Shown: positions 13,032 to 29,973 of the stretch, in pieces
How the letters are laid out: every line of letters begins with the position of its first letter
Numbering within the stretch: the stretch's first letter is position 1
Assembly (NCBI RefSeq): GCF_009914755.1
Contig: NC_060934.1
From: the human T2T-CHM13v2.0 reference genome, Homo sapiens
Direction: 5' to 3' (one strand)
Length of the DNA: 64,000 nucleotides
The notes under the pieces: model-generated
What the model was told of the DNA's origin: nothing
Seen by the model: the letters and a program-made list of their open reading frames with translations, nothing else
Database searches by the model: none
Translations under genes and position numbers: made by a program

Positions 13032-14074
13032 TCATTTTAATTTTTGCTTTCAACAGTCATTCTAATTATGAAGAAGTTAAGCAGAGACAAATCATTTGTC
13101 ATATTTATCCAGATATTTATCATTTCTTTAGCTCTCTCTTTATTCTTAAAGTTCCAGGTTTTCTTTTGCCATCATTTTCCTTCCACCTGAAGCATTTCCT
13201 TTAGCATTTATTTTAGAGAACATTTTCTGCTGATAAAGTATTTTTTTCTGTCTCTTTTTTCCTTCACTGAGAATGTCTTTATTTCCCCTTTATTTCTAAA
13301 TGGTATTTTATTGGATATAGACTTTCATTGGATAGAATTTAAAATCTTTAAGGATTTTTTTCCATTGTCTTCTGACTTCCATCATTCATGATGAGAAATT
13401 GGACTCATTCTCGTCACATTTTCCTGTAGATGGGTCATGTGTTGATTTTCTCCGGCTAGTCTCAAGATTGTTTTTCTTTATTTTTGATTTTTGGCAGTTT
13501 GATTGTTGTGTGGGTATTCTTTTCTTTGAGTTTATTTTGCTTGGGATTTGATGAACTTCTGTAATCAGTACCTAATGTCTTTCGCCATACATGGGAAGTT
13601 TTCAGCCATTCTTTCTTTCAATATTTTTTTTCTGTACCAATCTCTTTCTCTTTCTTCACTCATTGTTTGACTGCAGTGACATGAATATTAGATCTTTTGA
13701 TATTGTCCCAGGTATCTTTAAGCTCTTTTCACCTATTCTCAATTTTATTATCTCTACAAGATCATTCTCTCTTCCAGTTTGAGTCATTTTGTTGTCATCT
13801 ACGTTTTGTTATTTTTACTCATCTAGTGAATTTTTAAAAAAATTTCAATTATTCTGTGTTTCAAGTCTAAAATTCACATTTTTTCCAAAATTTTTACTTC
13901 TAAAAATGTCTGTCTTTTCATTCATTTCAACAGTGTTCCCACTTACTTAGGGAGCTGCTTTAAAGTTGTGTCTGATAATTCCAACATCTGAATTGTCTGG
14001 GGGTTGGCATCTATTGATTGTGTTTTAACTATTTGTTTAGTATGATGAATAATTTTGGATTATATCCTGTGTAC

Positions 14075-14370
14075 TTTTTTGTTTTTTTGAGATAAGGTCT
14101 TGCTCTGTTGCCCAAACTGGAATGTAGTGGCGTGATCTCCGCTCAGTACAACCTCCACCTCTCAGGTTCAGGCAATTCTCTTGCCTCAACCTCCCAAGTA
14201 GCTGGGATTACAGGTGCTTGCCATCATGACTGATTTTTGTATTTTTAGTAGAGAAGGGGTTTTACCATGTTGGCCAAGCTGGTCTCAAATTCCTTCCTGA
14301 CCTCCAGTGATCCGCCTGCTGTGGCCTCCCAAAGTGCTGGGATTACAGGTGTGAGCCGCCGCACCCGGCC
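14075..14370 (-). mobile_element. AluS
   Basis: Full dimer. Confidence 0.9.
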
Positions 14371-14839
14371 CTATGTCCTATGTATTTTGAACATTATGTT
14401 GTGAGATTCTGAATCCTGTTAAAATCTGCTGGAAAAGGTTGAAATTTCTTTCCTTTTCTTTTCTTTAAAAAGCAGACAGCCAAGCAAATCAGGCTCAGAG
14501 GGCAAGTCTGTCCTGTCTTTTGTGAGTAGTGGTAACAGTATCAGTTAAGTTTTCAAAGCCTTTGCTATGCTGTTTGTATCTGCCCCACATACACACTTTT
14601 CAGGAGTTAGTATGGGACTTACGTGGTTCTTCAAGTTGTAGTTTAATTCTCGAAGCCATGTTTCTTTGGGTGTGTTTTACGCATGAGCATTTCCTGAGTG
14701 AGCCGGGACTTGTGCTGATGCATACACAGATTTATAGGATCTCTTTTTTTCAACTCTCTTCTCTCTGGGATTTCTTTCACACCCTTGATCTCAGGGGTGC
14801 TTTTTCCCAGGTGTCTTGTCAGAAGATGGATGTGTCTCA

Positions 14840-15350
<511 letters not shown>

Positions 15351-15654
15351 AATCAAATCTCCCTTACACTCTGTAGACCATAGAACCCTTTTATTCCCAC
15401 TTTCTTTGGCCAGGTAGAAGGGTTATTTCTTGGGATTTTAGGGGCTTATATTGCCCAGTAGCAGTGTAACCTCATGACTGGGCTGGCCCTAGAGCAGGGC
15501 AGGTAGAAAGTAAGAGAGAAAAAAAGAAAAAAATTTCCTGGGCCCTTCCATCTGACTCTTCACTTTTAGGGACTGCTTGTCTCAGTCCTCTGGCCAGAAA
15601 AGGGGGATTTTTCTTGGAATTTTTGGTGTCTTCTTCCAGGGTGCGGTTCCTTGA

Positions 15655-15986
<332 letters not shown>

Positions 15987-17050
15987 GTTTTGACTTGCTT
16001 TTGGATCAAAGTCAAGAGATAAAGGAGGAAAAATTAATCCAGGAAACTTACCAGTGGATACTTCTTCAACTTTCGACTTCACTGTCAATCTCTCTGATAC
16101 TGTTTTCTTTGCAGAACCTCAAATAGTTGGTTTTTGTATTCTGTGCAGAAATTTAACCTGTAATTAGTGGGCGGCATGGGTTAGTGGGCTTGCTTCATCT
16201 TGGCCAGTCCTGCAAGTTGTATGTCCCCTATATTTAGAACAAATAGTGGCATAATATTTTTTTGGCATTTGATTTTTAAAAACTTTTTTATTTGGCCATT
16301 AATAGCAACAACGAGTCAAATAACAGTTATCCAATTCTTACTAAGGGCCAGACACTGTTCTGAGCATTATGTTTATAGTAACCCATTTAATCATTGCAAT
16401 AACCCTATTAGGTGGGTAGTGTTAGTCCCATTTTAGAGATGATGTTACCTCCTTGGAGGAATTAAGTAATTTGCCAAGGTCACATAGCTAGTTAGTCAAG
16501 GAATGATCTAGGCTGTATGGCTCAAAAGTCCACAGACATAACTACAATTATACAATAAGAAGAAGCATGTTAATGTCTTAACACTTGACTATCACATATT
16601 AGCACATGCTAGCTAGAAAATTGCCATAGGGATAAATGTACAAATCACTTTCAGAATGAAGTGCCTGGTTAGTGCCTCACATTGATCATCCTAAAGTCAG
16701 AATTATATTCATTCTGCATGTAGGAAATCTGAGAAAAGCCAGGTGACTTGCAGAAGAGGTGCCAGTAGCATTCTATAGTACAGACAAGCGTGATTTCAGT
16801 GATTGCTGCTGTCTTTTCTGGAAGGTGTGGTACATTTACAAACGTACCCACATATTCAAATATTGGAATAGTAGAATCATAGGTGCTTAGAGCTGGAAGA
16901 GACTCCCGGGGTCTAAGCCCACCTCCTGATTTTAAAAATCACACCCTCATGGGTAGGAAGGCACCTTGTCAAAGGTAAAATGATTTGTGAGTGTCAGATG
17001 TTATAGATAAGGAAACAGCTCTAGAGAGGTAAAGTGAGGAAATCCTCATC

Positions 17051-17449
17051 TTTTTTTTTTTTTTTTCTTTTTGGAGTCAGGGTTCCTTTCTGTCACCCCG
17101 GCTGGATTGCAGTGATATGATCATGGCTCATTGCAGCCTCAAACTCCTAGGGTCAAGCAATCCTCCTGCTTCAGCCTCCTGAGTAGCTGGGACTACAGGT
17201 GCATGCCGTTACACCTGGCTAATTTTCTTATTTTTTGTAGAGATAGTGTCTCACCTTGTTGCCCAGGCTGGTCTTGAACTCCTGGACTTGATAGTGTCTC
17301 ACCTTGTTGCCCAGGCTGGTCTTGAACTCCTGGACTTGATAGTGTCTCACCTTGTTGCCCAGGCTGGTCTTGAACTCCTGGGCTCAAGCAATCCACCCGT
17401 CTTGGTCTCCCAAAGTGCTGAGATTACAGGTGTGAGCCACTGTGCTTGC
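17051..17449 (-). mobile_element. AluJ with internal 48-bp triplication
   Basis: AluJ bases; see repeat 17242-17381. Confidence 0.9.
17242..17381 (+). repeat. Perfect 48-bp tandem repeat, 2.9 copies
   Basis: gatagtgtctcaccttgttgcccaggctggtcttgaactcctggactt at 17242, 17290 and 17338 (last copy 44 bp). Confidence 0.97.
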
Positions 17450-19088
17450 TCTCTCATCTTCACCCTCATCGTCATAGCTGCATTTGTAAGGCACAGATGT
17501 CCCAAGCACCCCGCGGGGAACATCCGTGATGTTAAAATCACCCTGCAAAGTAGGTAGCATAATTCTCAGTTTTTTCATAGGAGGGAACAAATACTCAAGA
17601 GAGGGTGGACCACCTGCCCAACCAGGTTGGCACACTGGGGTCAGGGTTCATGGATTCTTCTTTACTGAGGACGTCTTACCTGTGGGTACCTGCCATATAC
17701 GAATGGTATGTGTAATCACCATGGAGTGTCTCGTCCACATTGGTACACTTTTCTGGGTGCAGAGCGGCACTAGGAATAATTATACTGGGATTGTTCTGGC
17801 AAATTGGGACAAAGGGGCTACCCTCCTTATGAATCTGTATTTCTGGATTGCATGATTTATATCGACCATGAGTTTGCTTGATTTAGATGACATATGTGCT
17901 GGTGCTCATGAGCGTTTAGTAGTGGGTCTGTGAGTCTGTTTTCTAAGGTCATAGAGACGAGCCACACAGTGCCGGGTAGTCCCTTACTCCATGTACGGGG
18001 TCACACACAAATTTTGCTCGTGGTGGCTGAGCAAGAAAGTCTCTTTTAAGCAAACGTAATTTAAAAATACGAGTGCTGGGAAAAGTCGTGAAGAAAGCCC
18101 TTAAGGCAATATATATTGTAATGATTTTTTTCCAGGGCTGGATACCCATGAGCCTTTCAGGATGAATATGATTAAATCTTGGCAAGAATAGTTAAGAAGC
18201 CCTTTTTCCCCATATTACACTGAGATGAATGTGGATCTCTTGTCCTGTGCTTTGTGGAGGTAAGGCTTTGGAAATGGAAACAAATGTGAATTTTCTCTTA
18301 TAAACTAATGAAAAAGACATTTAGCCAACTGGCAACCCTGTACGAAGCTTGATGATGTGCTTGTGATATACGTAAGCATACAATGTTTATTGTGATTCTA
18401 AGGGACGGAATAGTATCCCTGTTCTGTGTAAGGGGAAGCTACAGCTCTGGTGTTGGGATTTGGATCAAGGTCTGGCCGGCTCCCAAGGCCACGCATTCTT
18501 CAGCACTGCCCCCGTTGAACCCGGAGGCTGTTGGCATCAACACGGGAACACAGTGAGGCTGCTTCCTTTAGGCTGCGAGTGGGGGGCCCTAGGCAGGCTG
18601 AACTCTCAGATGGACATGAATATCTTGTTTGGGGAAAGCACAGGACTGAATTATCTCAGTGTTGTAAGCAACTGGGTCTTAGGCAAGCCATTCTTCCTTT
18701 CTGGGCCTCAGTTTCCTTTTCTGGGAAATGAGGTGGTTGAACTTGATGATCTCTGCATCATCCAGGTCTGACAGTTGGTGATCTTGCCATTCAACATGGT
18801 AGATATTCTGGTGGGAAAAGACAGCTTGGTAATTGACATGCTAATAGTTTTGGTTTGTGCAGTCTAACCAATGGAGAAGTACGAAAATCCTGTTATAGGA
18901 ATGTTTTGTGGGATCTTGGAGAATTGACGGGGATTCCAGGAAGGTCTTCCCGTGGCCTCGGGGTCTGGGGAGGCAGCGGTTCCCCCTAGTTTCTGCCAAG
19001 AACTAGTTTTGCAGATTACTTTTTCAGACCCCTTCCTTTCTGTTCCATCATTAAAATTAGAGACTGAGGTAATCAGAAGTTGAGATTA

Positions 19089-19387
19089 GGCTGGGTGTGG
19101 TGGCTCACGCCTGTAATCCCAGCACTTTGGGAGGCTGACGTTGGAGAATTACTTGAGGTCAGGAGTTCGAGACCAGCCTGGCCAACATGGTGAAACCCTG
19201 TCTCTACTAAAAATACAAAAATTAGCCGAGTGTGATGGCGGGCGCCTGTAATCCCAGCTACTCAGGAGGCTGAGGCAGGAGAATTGTTTGAACTCTGGGA
19301 GGTGAAGGTTGCAGTGAGCCAAGATTGTGCCACTGCACTCTAGCCTGGAAGACAGGGTGAGACTCTGCTTAAAAAAAAAAAAAAAAG
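19089..19387 (+). mobile_element. AluS
   Basis: Full dimer; TSD aagttgagatt. Confidence 0.9.
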
Positions 19388-20461
19388 TTGAGATTGTCCA
19401 GGATAAGACAATTAATTTGAACACAGGCTTCAAGGACCCTACATGTGAGGCTTCTCCTGTGGAAAATAAACCAGGCAGCATATGCCTTCACAGAGTTTTT
19501 ATTCACATCAGTATTCTTGCTTTGAGTTTTCATGGAGAGACCATCGCAGTTTGATGATGATATGCTGATAACTTGTTTGTCTTCAGAAATACGTAGTATA
19601 TATTAAGGACCTAGTTAGGCACACAGCAAGGCTGGCTCCAAGAGGCTTCCCAGAGTGCATTCATCCCCCTTCTGCCCTGTCCTGAGATGAGATAATGGTT
19701 GCCAGGGGCACGTGGAAATTACCAACGTCAGAAGGTTCTAGTGCCTGGACCTTACTGTGTGCATCATATTTGCTTAAACATACTGTCTGTGAACAAAGTC
19801 CAATTATTTGGAACCAAGTTACTGATGATAAACATAATGATTACAGCGTGTACCATCATGAACTGCCACGGAGCAGGAGAGACTCCAGGGAATCATCACA
19901 GTGGAACGGATCCAAACCACGCCTCCCATTTTGCACAGAAAGAGCGTGGGATGGTGCTCACTCCTTCGAGGCCTAACTTGCGTGCTCCAATGAGAAGTAC
20001 AAAATGCAGACTAATTATAACTGAGGAATAAGACTTAAAACTGCTGTCCCCTGACATCGCCCGGCCTGTCTCTGTTTTCTAAGCAATAATGTTCTCATCA
20101 TGTTCTCTCTGGGTTGGTCACAAACTGAAAAATTGCTTTTGCTGGTCTTCCTACCTGGGTGGTTGGTACAGCAAATAACTGCTAAATGATGAGGCTAGGG
20201 AATTGACAGTAAAGTCAAAGGAGATTTTCTGTCTCTAATTACAAAGATTTATAATCTAGGAATCAGAGAATTCTCTCATAGTAAATTTCTAACAGGTCCC
20301 TTACCCGGCTCTTCCCAATAAAGGCTTATTAGAAATACTGCACAGGGGAGAGCTTTGGCCAGCCCAGCCCATCATTTCCAGTTGACAGCCCTCTCCCTGG
20401 GCAGGTTATTGAGCAATTAAATCATTCCTATAACAGAAAAATCTTATTTTTTTATTTGTAA

Positions 20462-20892
<431 letters not shown>

Positions 20893-20920
20893 TATCTTTT
20901 TATTTTCAAGATTGACCTTT

Positions 20921-21542
20921 CTGGAAATCAGTGTATCAAAGAGATATTTGCATTCCTGTGTTAGTTGCAGCACTGTTTGCAGTAGCCAAGATTTGGAAGT
21001 AACTTAAGTGTCTATCAGTAGATGGATGGATAACGAAAACCTGGTACCTATACACAATGGAGTACTATTCAGCCATAAAAAGAATACGATCCTGTCATTT
21101 TCAACAACATGGATGGAACTGGAGATCATCGTGTTAAGTGAAATAAGCCAGGCACAGAAAGACAAACATCGCATGTTCTCACCTATTTGTGGGATCTAAA
21201 AAGCAAAACAGTCGAACTCACGGAGATAGAGAGTAGAAGAATGGCTTCTAGAGACTGCGAAAGGTTGGGGAGGGGGGTGGGTAGGAAGTGGGGATGGTTA
21301 ATTGGTACAAAAAATAGAATAAGACTGTTTGATAGCACCACAGGGTGACTATAAGTCAATAATAATTGTACATTTTAAAATAAAAGACTATAATTGCATT
21401 GTTTGTAACACAAAGGATAATTGCTTGAGGGGATGGGTACCCCATTCTCCATGATGGGATTATTACGCATTGCATGCTGTATCAAAACATCTCATTTACC
21501 CCATAAATATATACACCTACTGTGTACCCACAAAAATTAAAA
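20921..21542 (+). mobile_element. L1MA (approx. MA1-3) 3' end
   Basis: ORF2 tail TTWMELEIIVLSEISQAQKDKHRMFSPICG and 3' UTR ending cacctactgtgtacccacaaaaattaaaa. Confidence 0.85.
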
Positions 21543-22446
21543 CAGTGTTAAAAGACTGCCCTTTCTGACGGCACCACTTTGTTTATTGGCAGTGGTTGGT
21601 GTTTCTCTGCACTGAATCATCTTTCCCTTGCATTGTTTATCTGGCTGTGAGATTATTTGAATGGAAGGAAGTGGCTCATAAGTCACTCCAAGTACCATCT
21701 CCTGGTTATCATTCCATAAAGTGATTCTGTCCTCCTTTGCAGACTGACCCAATCATGAGTTTATCCTTTTAAAGGATAATTTTCCTGCCATAAACTTCCG
21801 ATCTGTTTGCTTTCCAGTCACAGTGTAGATACTATTTCTGCTTTACGGAAAGTGTTAGGTATTAAGCTTTTGTCCCTTTTGAGTCTTTAGTGCCATTATT
21901 ATAATGGCTCTGTGTTATCATGATCCACCCTGCCTCCCTCTACTCTTGAAAATGACGCAGGCCCTCCAGTCTACCCAGGTCACTTTATTACTAAAGAGGG
22001 AAAATTGGCTGATAGTAACAGAAAAATTGGTAGGAACAGTTAGTGTTCTGACATGGCATAAATAGATTGTGGGTTTATTATCATCTCATGTAAAATAATT
22101 TTAAAAATAGGGTCTGCAAGGCTAGTATGGTGGCTCTGTAAAGATACAAGAAACCCTAGGTTCTTTCTGTTTATTTCTGTTCCATCACCATTAGAAAGAA
22201 ACGTCATCCTCAAGGTCACAAGCTGATTGCTGGAGATCCAGCCATCACATTCTTATTCCAGGACGTCTCCTGGGCAAGGGACAAAAGAATCTGCCTGATA
22301 GCTGAATCAACCCCTTTGCAAGAGTTCTTCTGCAAGCTTCACGGGATAAGTTGCCTGGAGTGTCATTGGCTACCTCCAGCTGAAAGGGAATTTTGGGGAC
22401 TGTACTTTTGTAATTTGGTGCAACAGGCCAATGTTAGCTCTTGTAA

Positions 22447-23001
<555 letters not shown>

Positions 23002-24472
23002 TAACAAAATAAGCCATTATTTTTCTCTCGTCAGGGATCAGTGCGAATGTTGCTGGTTGGCAGTAGGTCTTCCATATGGGGACTGAGACCTGAGCTCCTT
23101 GTATCTTGTGGACTGTCCTCCTCCAGAACCTTGGAGTCCTCTGCATTTAGCAAGCAGGCGGTGAACTAGAATGGCGAGTCATGTGTGAGAGGTGTTTGTG
23201 GGCCAGCCTGGAAGTGCCCATGTCATTCATTTAGGCTTCATTGGCAGAGCCCAGTCTTGTGGCCACAGATAACTGCAAGGTTGGGAACTAGAGTCTAGCT
23301 CTGTGCCTGGGAAGAGAAGGAAACAGGTTTGGTGAGCAGCTAGCCGCTGGCCACATTGCTGCCCTGGTGACGTCAGGGTCCTGTTAGCTGGAAAGATGTT
23401 AAGATAAGCTGAGACACAGGAAGTGAGGCACAGTCCCTGCTACAGCCCATCGTATGCGCCTGCTTGCTTTTCCCGTGGGGACTCTGCCTGCTCTCAGTTG
23501 CCCACCCACCGCAGGGTCCTTTGCACATCTGTGCGCAGCCAGGCCAGGCCCTGTCTCTCCCAGCTCTGTCTGCTAACGCCAGCTGTGGCTCCAACTTCTT
23601 AGGATACCACCAAATTTCACTCTCTGTTCTGAAGTGACTTGTTTTTATTTGTTCAGTGTTTTCTGGGTCTTGTTCCCCCTGCCCCCACCAAAGTGTATGA
23701 GAACAGGGACTTTATTCCCTTCTTCCATTGTCATTAGTGGTTAACTCTACCCCATTAAGTGGTGTGTTCTCCTCATGAGAATGGCCAATAAGTCCTCCAT
23801 GAAGTCAGCTCCAAGAAATAATGGAGCCAGGAGTTAAGTAAAGTTATTAAAACTGTCTGGCCAGCATCCAGAAGCCATTCCTAGGACCCCTGGGCCTCTT
23901 TAGTTAGGTTCTAACAGTGTTGGTCCTGTACTCTGCAAACATGGACAGGTTTACTCTGAAAATTCCCACTCCTGAAAGATTACTCAAATGTGGCTACTTC
24001 ATGAAGGTTTGGTGCTTGATTTTGGCTGGCAGAGTTGAGTTCTCTTGCCTCTGAGTTCTTGTAATGTTTTGTGAATAGTTTTGTGGTAGGGTCTGTTGCC
24101 TCATCCATGCAGTTACTGTTTACCCACCACACTAAGAAGCAAGTGTAGAATTTCCATCTTCTCATTGAATCTTTTCATAACCCCATGGAGTTGTGGTGTG
24201 TTATCTGTGGTAACACCACAGATGAGGACACAGGCTCAGAGGGGATAAGTACCTTTCCCTGGGCTTAACAGTGTGGCTGTTAACTGCTGTGCTGGGATGC
24301 TGTATGTAAACCTGGACTTTGCATAGGGAGCTGGGACCTAGGGTCTCCTTCCATATGTGTCCTCCCAACTGTGCAGTTTCCTGAAGGCACCTTTATCTTT
24401 TATGCCTTTGGTTAATTTTTTGAAAATCATGAAAGATTTCAAATTTACCCAAAAGTGTAGAAAAATAAGTGA

Positions 24473-24896
<424 letters not shown>

Positions 24897-25353
24897 CTTC
24901 AAGCCATTGCACCTCCTCTTTCCTCTCCAGAGGCAACCTTTACTCGAAGAGGGGGGTGTATCCTAATGGTGTGTCTTTGTACTTTCACTACCTATGTATG
25001 TATTATATACCCAAACAATGTAGCGGTTAGTGTTGGTGTGGCTGTTTGTGTTTTACAGATTGATATAAACGGAAGAAATACTGTATCTTTTGGTAACCTT
25101 TTTTTCAATTGTAATTATGTTTTCCAGGTTTATCCCTGTTAATGCATGTAGATCTCATCAGTTAGTTAAACTGCTACAGAGTATTCTGCTGAATGACGGA
25201 CTATCTAAGCTTACTTTCCTCATTTGGGATATTTACATATGGGATATTTACATCCCTCTAGATACGTTGTGATATTTATATTCCTCTAGATAAATTCTTT
25301 TCTGTAGCCATATGACATTCCATGGTACAGATGTACCATTAAACTTTTACTAG

Positions 25354-25707
<354 letters not shown>

Positions 25708-27289
25708 TAGAGTTCTTAAAATGTAATTTAACAGGTATAGCCAGATTAGTTTCCCAAAATGTTGTAGCAATTTATACTTAGCAACTCTCCCACATAACTT
25801 TACCTTTTCCCAACCTGCTGAGAAAAAGCCTGCCTTGCTGAGGTTTTGTTTAGCATTTTTGCGACTGCTAGTGAGTGTTGAGCATCAGTTAATATGCTCG
25901 TTGGCCATTCTGTGAATTGTATGTCTGTATCCTTCCCCGCATCTGCAGGCCCGGACTGTCTCTGCTGGGCATGATTTCTGTGCACAGTGAGTGCCCCTGG
26001 AATTGTGCACATGGCTGTGTTAGTGGGAAGCCCTTGGCATAACAGGGCTATTATCTCTTTATTAATATTGTATTAGTAGGACTTGAATATTTTCCCCTTT
26101 CCGCTGAGACTTTTGGATTTTGCATTTTGCTTAAGAAGATTAACCTATGTATATCTTCTAATTCTTTTCCCCTAAAATGTTCCAACATTTTCATTGTATT
26201 TTTTTAATTTAGAAATTTAATCAACCTGAATTCTTCAAGGAACCCAGATTATCTTTCTATGTAATTAAGCACGGCCAAGGCATTGGAACTCACTGACTGA
26301 ATATCACTTGCTGGATGCCGTATCAAATGCTAGGCCGAAGAACAATGACACGACTTGTGTTCCATCTTTTCCTTTTTAAAATGTACTCTCTGATCTTTCC
26401 TGTTCTGCGCACTGTGAGGCCCGTGGAAAGGGGAAGGCACCGTCAGCCACTAGCTGGGAACATACAGGGAAAATAGACCCGCTTAGTTTAGATTATGCTG
26501 GACTTGGTATTTTTGTTTCAAAATCCAGTAAAGAAACATGGTCCGTATCATTGCCTGTGACATTTACCCTCAGGAAAGATGCCAGCACTGAAGCATCCTG
26601 GTGGCTGACAGGTGATCTCTTTAGCTCTGTGACCCTCGCGTTTATAAGAGGTGAGACATGGTGATTTGTTCCTGCAGGTGAAGGGAAGGGAACAGTGACT
26701 GGAGAAAGGGAGGTCATTTTGCTGCTGCTTGTGAGATGTATCTGATTGAACGGTGAAAATGATCTGTGTATCCAGTTTTTATGTTTAAGCAGACTTTTCA
26801 GAAGCACTGAATTGTATGGCACGTGGGACAGTGTTAAATCATGCTAGTATTACATTTTTGTGTGTATGGTTTAGATACATTTCCAGAACGTATTGCTGAC
26901 ATACGCATTGTCTTGCGATGATGAGGATGGAGTGCCAGTTCCAGGAAGGGCCCGAGGAGGTGCAGGCCAGTTGCTAGGCGTCCAGCAGACTAGTGATTAG
27001 ATGCAGAAGAGCATTATTATTCTCCATCCAGCCAGTACTGTGCAGAAAACAAACACACAGACCGTGCATGCTTAAGGCTTTCCCCACTTGGTGGGGTCCC
27101 AGGGCAGGTCAGGAGCTCTCCCTCGCAGCTTTTATCTGAAGTGGTGGGGGAGGGGGGCAGTGGAACTCATGTCCATATTGCAGGTGGCAAAACTGAGGCA
27201 AAAAAAAAAAAAAAAAAAGAGAAAGGAAGAGTGTAGGCAGCCTCATGGGAGAATCGAGACAAGAGCAACAGGCCTTGTCTCAAACAAGA

Positions 27290-27380
27290 CAGGTGGTCTC
27301 AAACTCCTGTCCTCAAGCAATCCTCCTGCCTTGGTCTCCCAAAGTGCTGGGATTACAGGCATGAGCCACCACGCCTGGCC
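27290..27380 (-). mobile_element. Alu fragment (left arm)
   Basis: ggtctcaaactcctg..cccaaagtgctgggattacaggcatgagccacc. Confidence 0.8.
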
Positions 27381-28235
27381 TCCGTCGTATTTTTAGATTG
27401 TAACTTACTTAACCAGTCCTCCATTAATGGATATTTAGGATTTTTCCAGTGTTCTGCTATTTCAAACTTTTATTGATTGTTTTAAGCCAGAATATTGATT
27501 TTTTTTTAACACAGACACAGCCAAACGTCCCTTTAATGTAGTAATTGTTTTACCTATAAGGACTCTGTTTTTTTATGGAATAGCTTGAAGCATACTTAAA
27601 GAGTGTATTGATGTGTGTTTAGTTAGCTGGGAGCTTAACAGAATTTTCCTTTAAGGTACTTGTTGAGACATCTGCCCTGAATGAGAATGGAAATAAGCTC
27701 AAAAGAGTGCCTAAAGTCAGAGGATCTGGTGAGTGGGAATGGCCAGATGAGGGATGGCCAGTTGGGATTAATCATGAACATTCTGTCCCGTCGTTGCTTC
27801 ACCATTCAGGTTTTGCCAACCATGTGACAATGGAGCTATGCGGCTGGCATTGGGAGCATGTTGGATGTTTGTAGCAGTCAGAGAGCAGAACATGAGCATC
27901 TGCTAGGTCTGGTTCCCCCACCATCAGGGATGGGAGTGAGAAAGGGGAGTTCCCCTCTGAAGAGCCACCCCTGCAGGGAGAAATCTGTCTCCAACAGGAG
28001 ATCTGGGAAGACCATAGTGAGAAGTGCTGTCGAAGAGGTCCGCACAGGTGATGAACAAAGGGGGTATCCTGGGGGTTGCAGTTTCATCCACGTCAGTACC
28101 TTTGTCATCCAAGGAAAATGCACCCTGGCAACAAATGCATGCATGGCCCACATGGACACTTTATTTGCCCTGGAGTGTTGCCAGCTTTTTAAGCTGTAGC
28201 TATGAGGAGATTTTGTAATCTCAAAAAGAGGTGAA

Positions 28236-28542
28236 TTTTTTTAAGAGACAGGGTCTCACTCTGTCACACTGTAGGCTGGAGTGCAATGGTGATCATAGCT
28301 CATTGTAACTTTGAACTCCTGGGCTCAGGCGATCCACTCACCTCAGCCTCCCAAGTAAGTAGGACTACAGGTGTGTGCAACTACACCTAGCTAATTTTTT
28401 CTTTTTTCTTTTCTTTTTTTTTTGGAGAGTTGGGGGTCTTGCTCTGTTATCCAGGCTGGTCTCCAACTCCTGGCCTCAAGTGATCCTCCTGCCTTGGCCT
28501 CTCAAACTGTTGGGATTACAGGCGTGAGCCACTATGCCTGGC
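28236..28542 (-). mobile_element. AluJ
   Basis: Full dimer. Confidence 0.88.
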
Positions 28543-29662
28543 TTGAATATTTTATTCTGCCTCTGCCTTCAAAAACCAGGCTTCCATGGATGCTCCCTGT
28601 TGGTATAAGAAAAAAAAATGATTGACTCACTTTGGTTCCATATCAACCTTTAACAAATGGCATGAAAAGAGCAGAGATAAAATGTGGGAGCCTGTCAGAG
28701 AAGTGAAGGAGGAAAGGAAGGAGTGCTATTAAACAAAGCGTGTGTTTTAGAGTGTGGCAGTAGGCACTCATGTGGAATTTATTTGTCTTCTGCGTTTGGA
28801 TCAGTGAGGCTGTTAACAGTAAAGACTTAGTGCCGCAGAAACACCTGCAGAAACCAAAGATATCACAAGCAATAATTGTGTCAGCATTTTGATGCCTTCT
28901 CCCTGTGACAAGTATTGTCATAACCTAGACCTGCCCTGGTGGTTTCAGACATAGGATTGTACTCAGAATGAAAACTGATCTGGACAGAAATTAAGCTAAT
29001 CGTGTGGGTATTTAAGAATGTCTCATCATGGTTCTTGAAGCTATTATGCAGGATTGCTTATCATTGTGGAATTCACCAGTTAAAGAGGAAGATGAGAACG
29101 TTTCAGTAAGAAAGCGTAACTATTTTGAAGGATCTGTCTGTTCCTAAGCATCTACCTACTAAAGTTAAGGATATGTTTCTAATTTGAACTGGTTGGTCGG
29201 GCACTGGTCCCAGTTAATGAGAACCTGAGTTATAGGTTTTTTTTTTTTTTTTTTAAGAAAAAGAATTTCGATACTTTTAGCTTAAGCGTTAGCATAAACA
29301 AATGTATGGCTTACTGTGTAATTGTCAGGTGGAGGGCTTTAAAAGACACATTTTAATGAATAGACATTGTATCTAAATTGGATATCCATTTTCTTGGATT
29401 CATATTTGTTCTTCAAGCCTGTGAAAGCAAGTCTTTTTGCTGTGTTTGCTTGGCAGAACTTTATTTTCCAGATTGGGCCTGGCTTTTCTTCGGTCAGTGT
29501 GCTGAATTAGCACTACAAAATGTCATTAGTGGTGTGTGATTTAGTGAAGATTTTTAGCTGAAGATTCTATCAGAAGGAGTTAATGTCAGTTCTAAAATTG
29601 CCAAGTTTCTGCCTGGAGAGTTGCGTACACATTGAACATTGAGACCATTGACTTCACTACTG

Positions 29663-29973
29663 GTTTTTTGTTTTTCTTTCTTTTCTTTTTTTGTTTAAGA
29701 TGGAGTCTTGCTCTGTGACCCAGGCTGGAGTGCAGTGACGTGATCTCAGCTCACTGCAACCTCCGCTGCCTGGGTTCAAGCAGTTCTCCTGCCTCAGCCT
29801 CCTGAGTAGCTGGGATTACAGGCGTGTGCCACCACGCCTGGCTAATTTTTCTATTTTTAGAGACAGGGTTTCACCATGTTGGTCAGGCTGGTCTCGAACT
29901 CCTGAGCTTGTGATTCACCCGCCTTGGCCCCCCAAAAGTGCTGGGATTACAGGCGTGAGCCACTGCGCCCAGC
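29663..29973 (-). mobile_element. AluS
   Basis: Full dimer; TSD tgacttcactactg. Confidence 0.9.

Noticed and set aside
25225-25292. Short duplications (tgggatatttacat x2; gatattta..cctctagata x2)
   Set aside because: Ordinary small slippage duplications in old L1-derived sequence.
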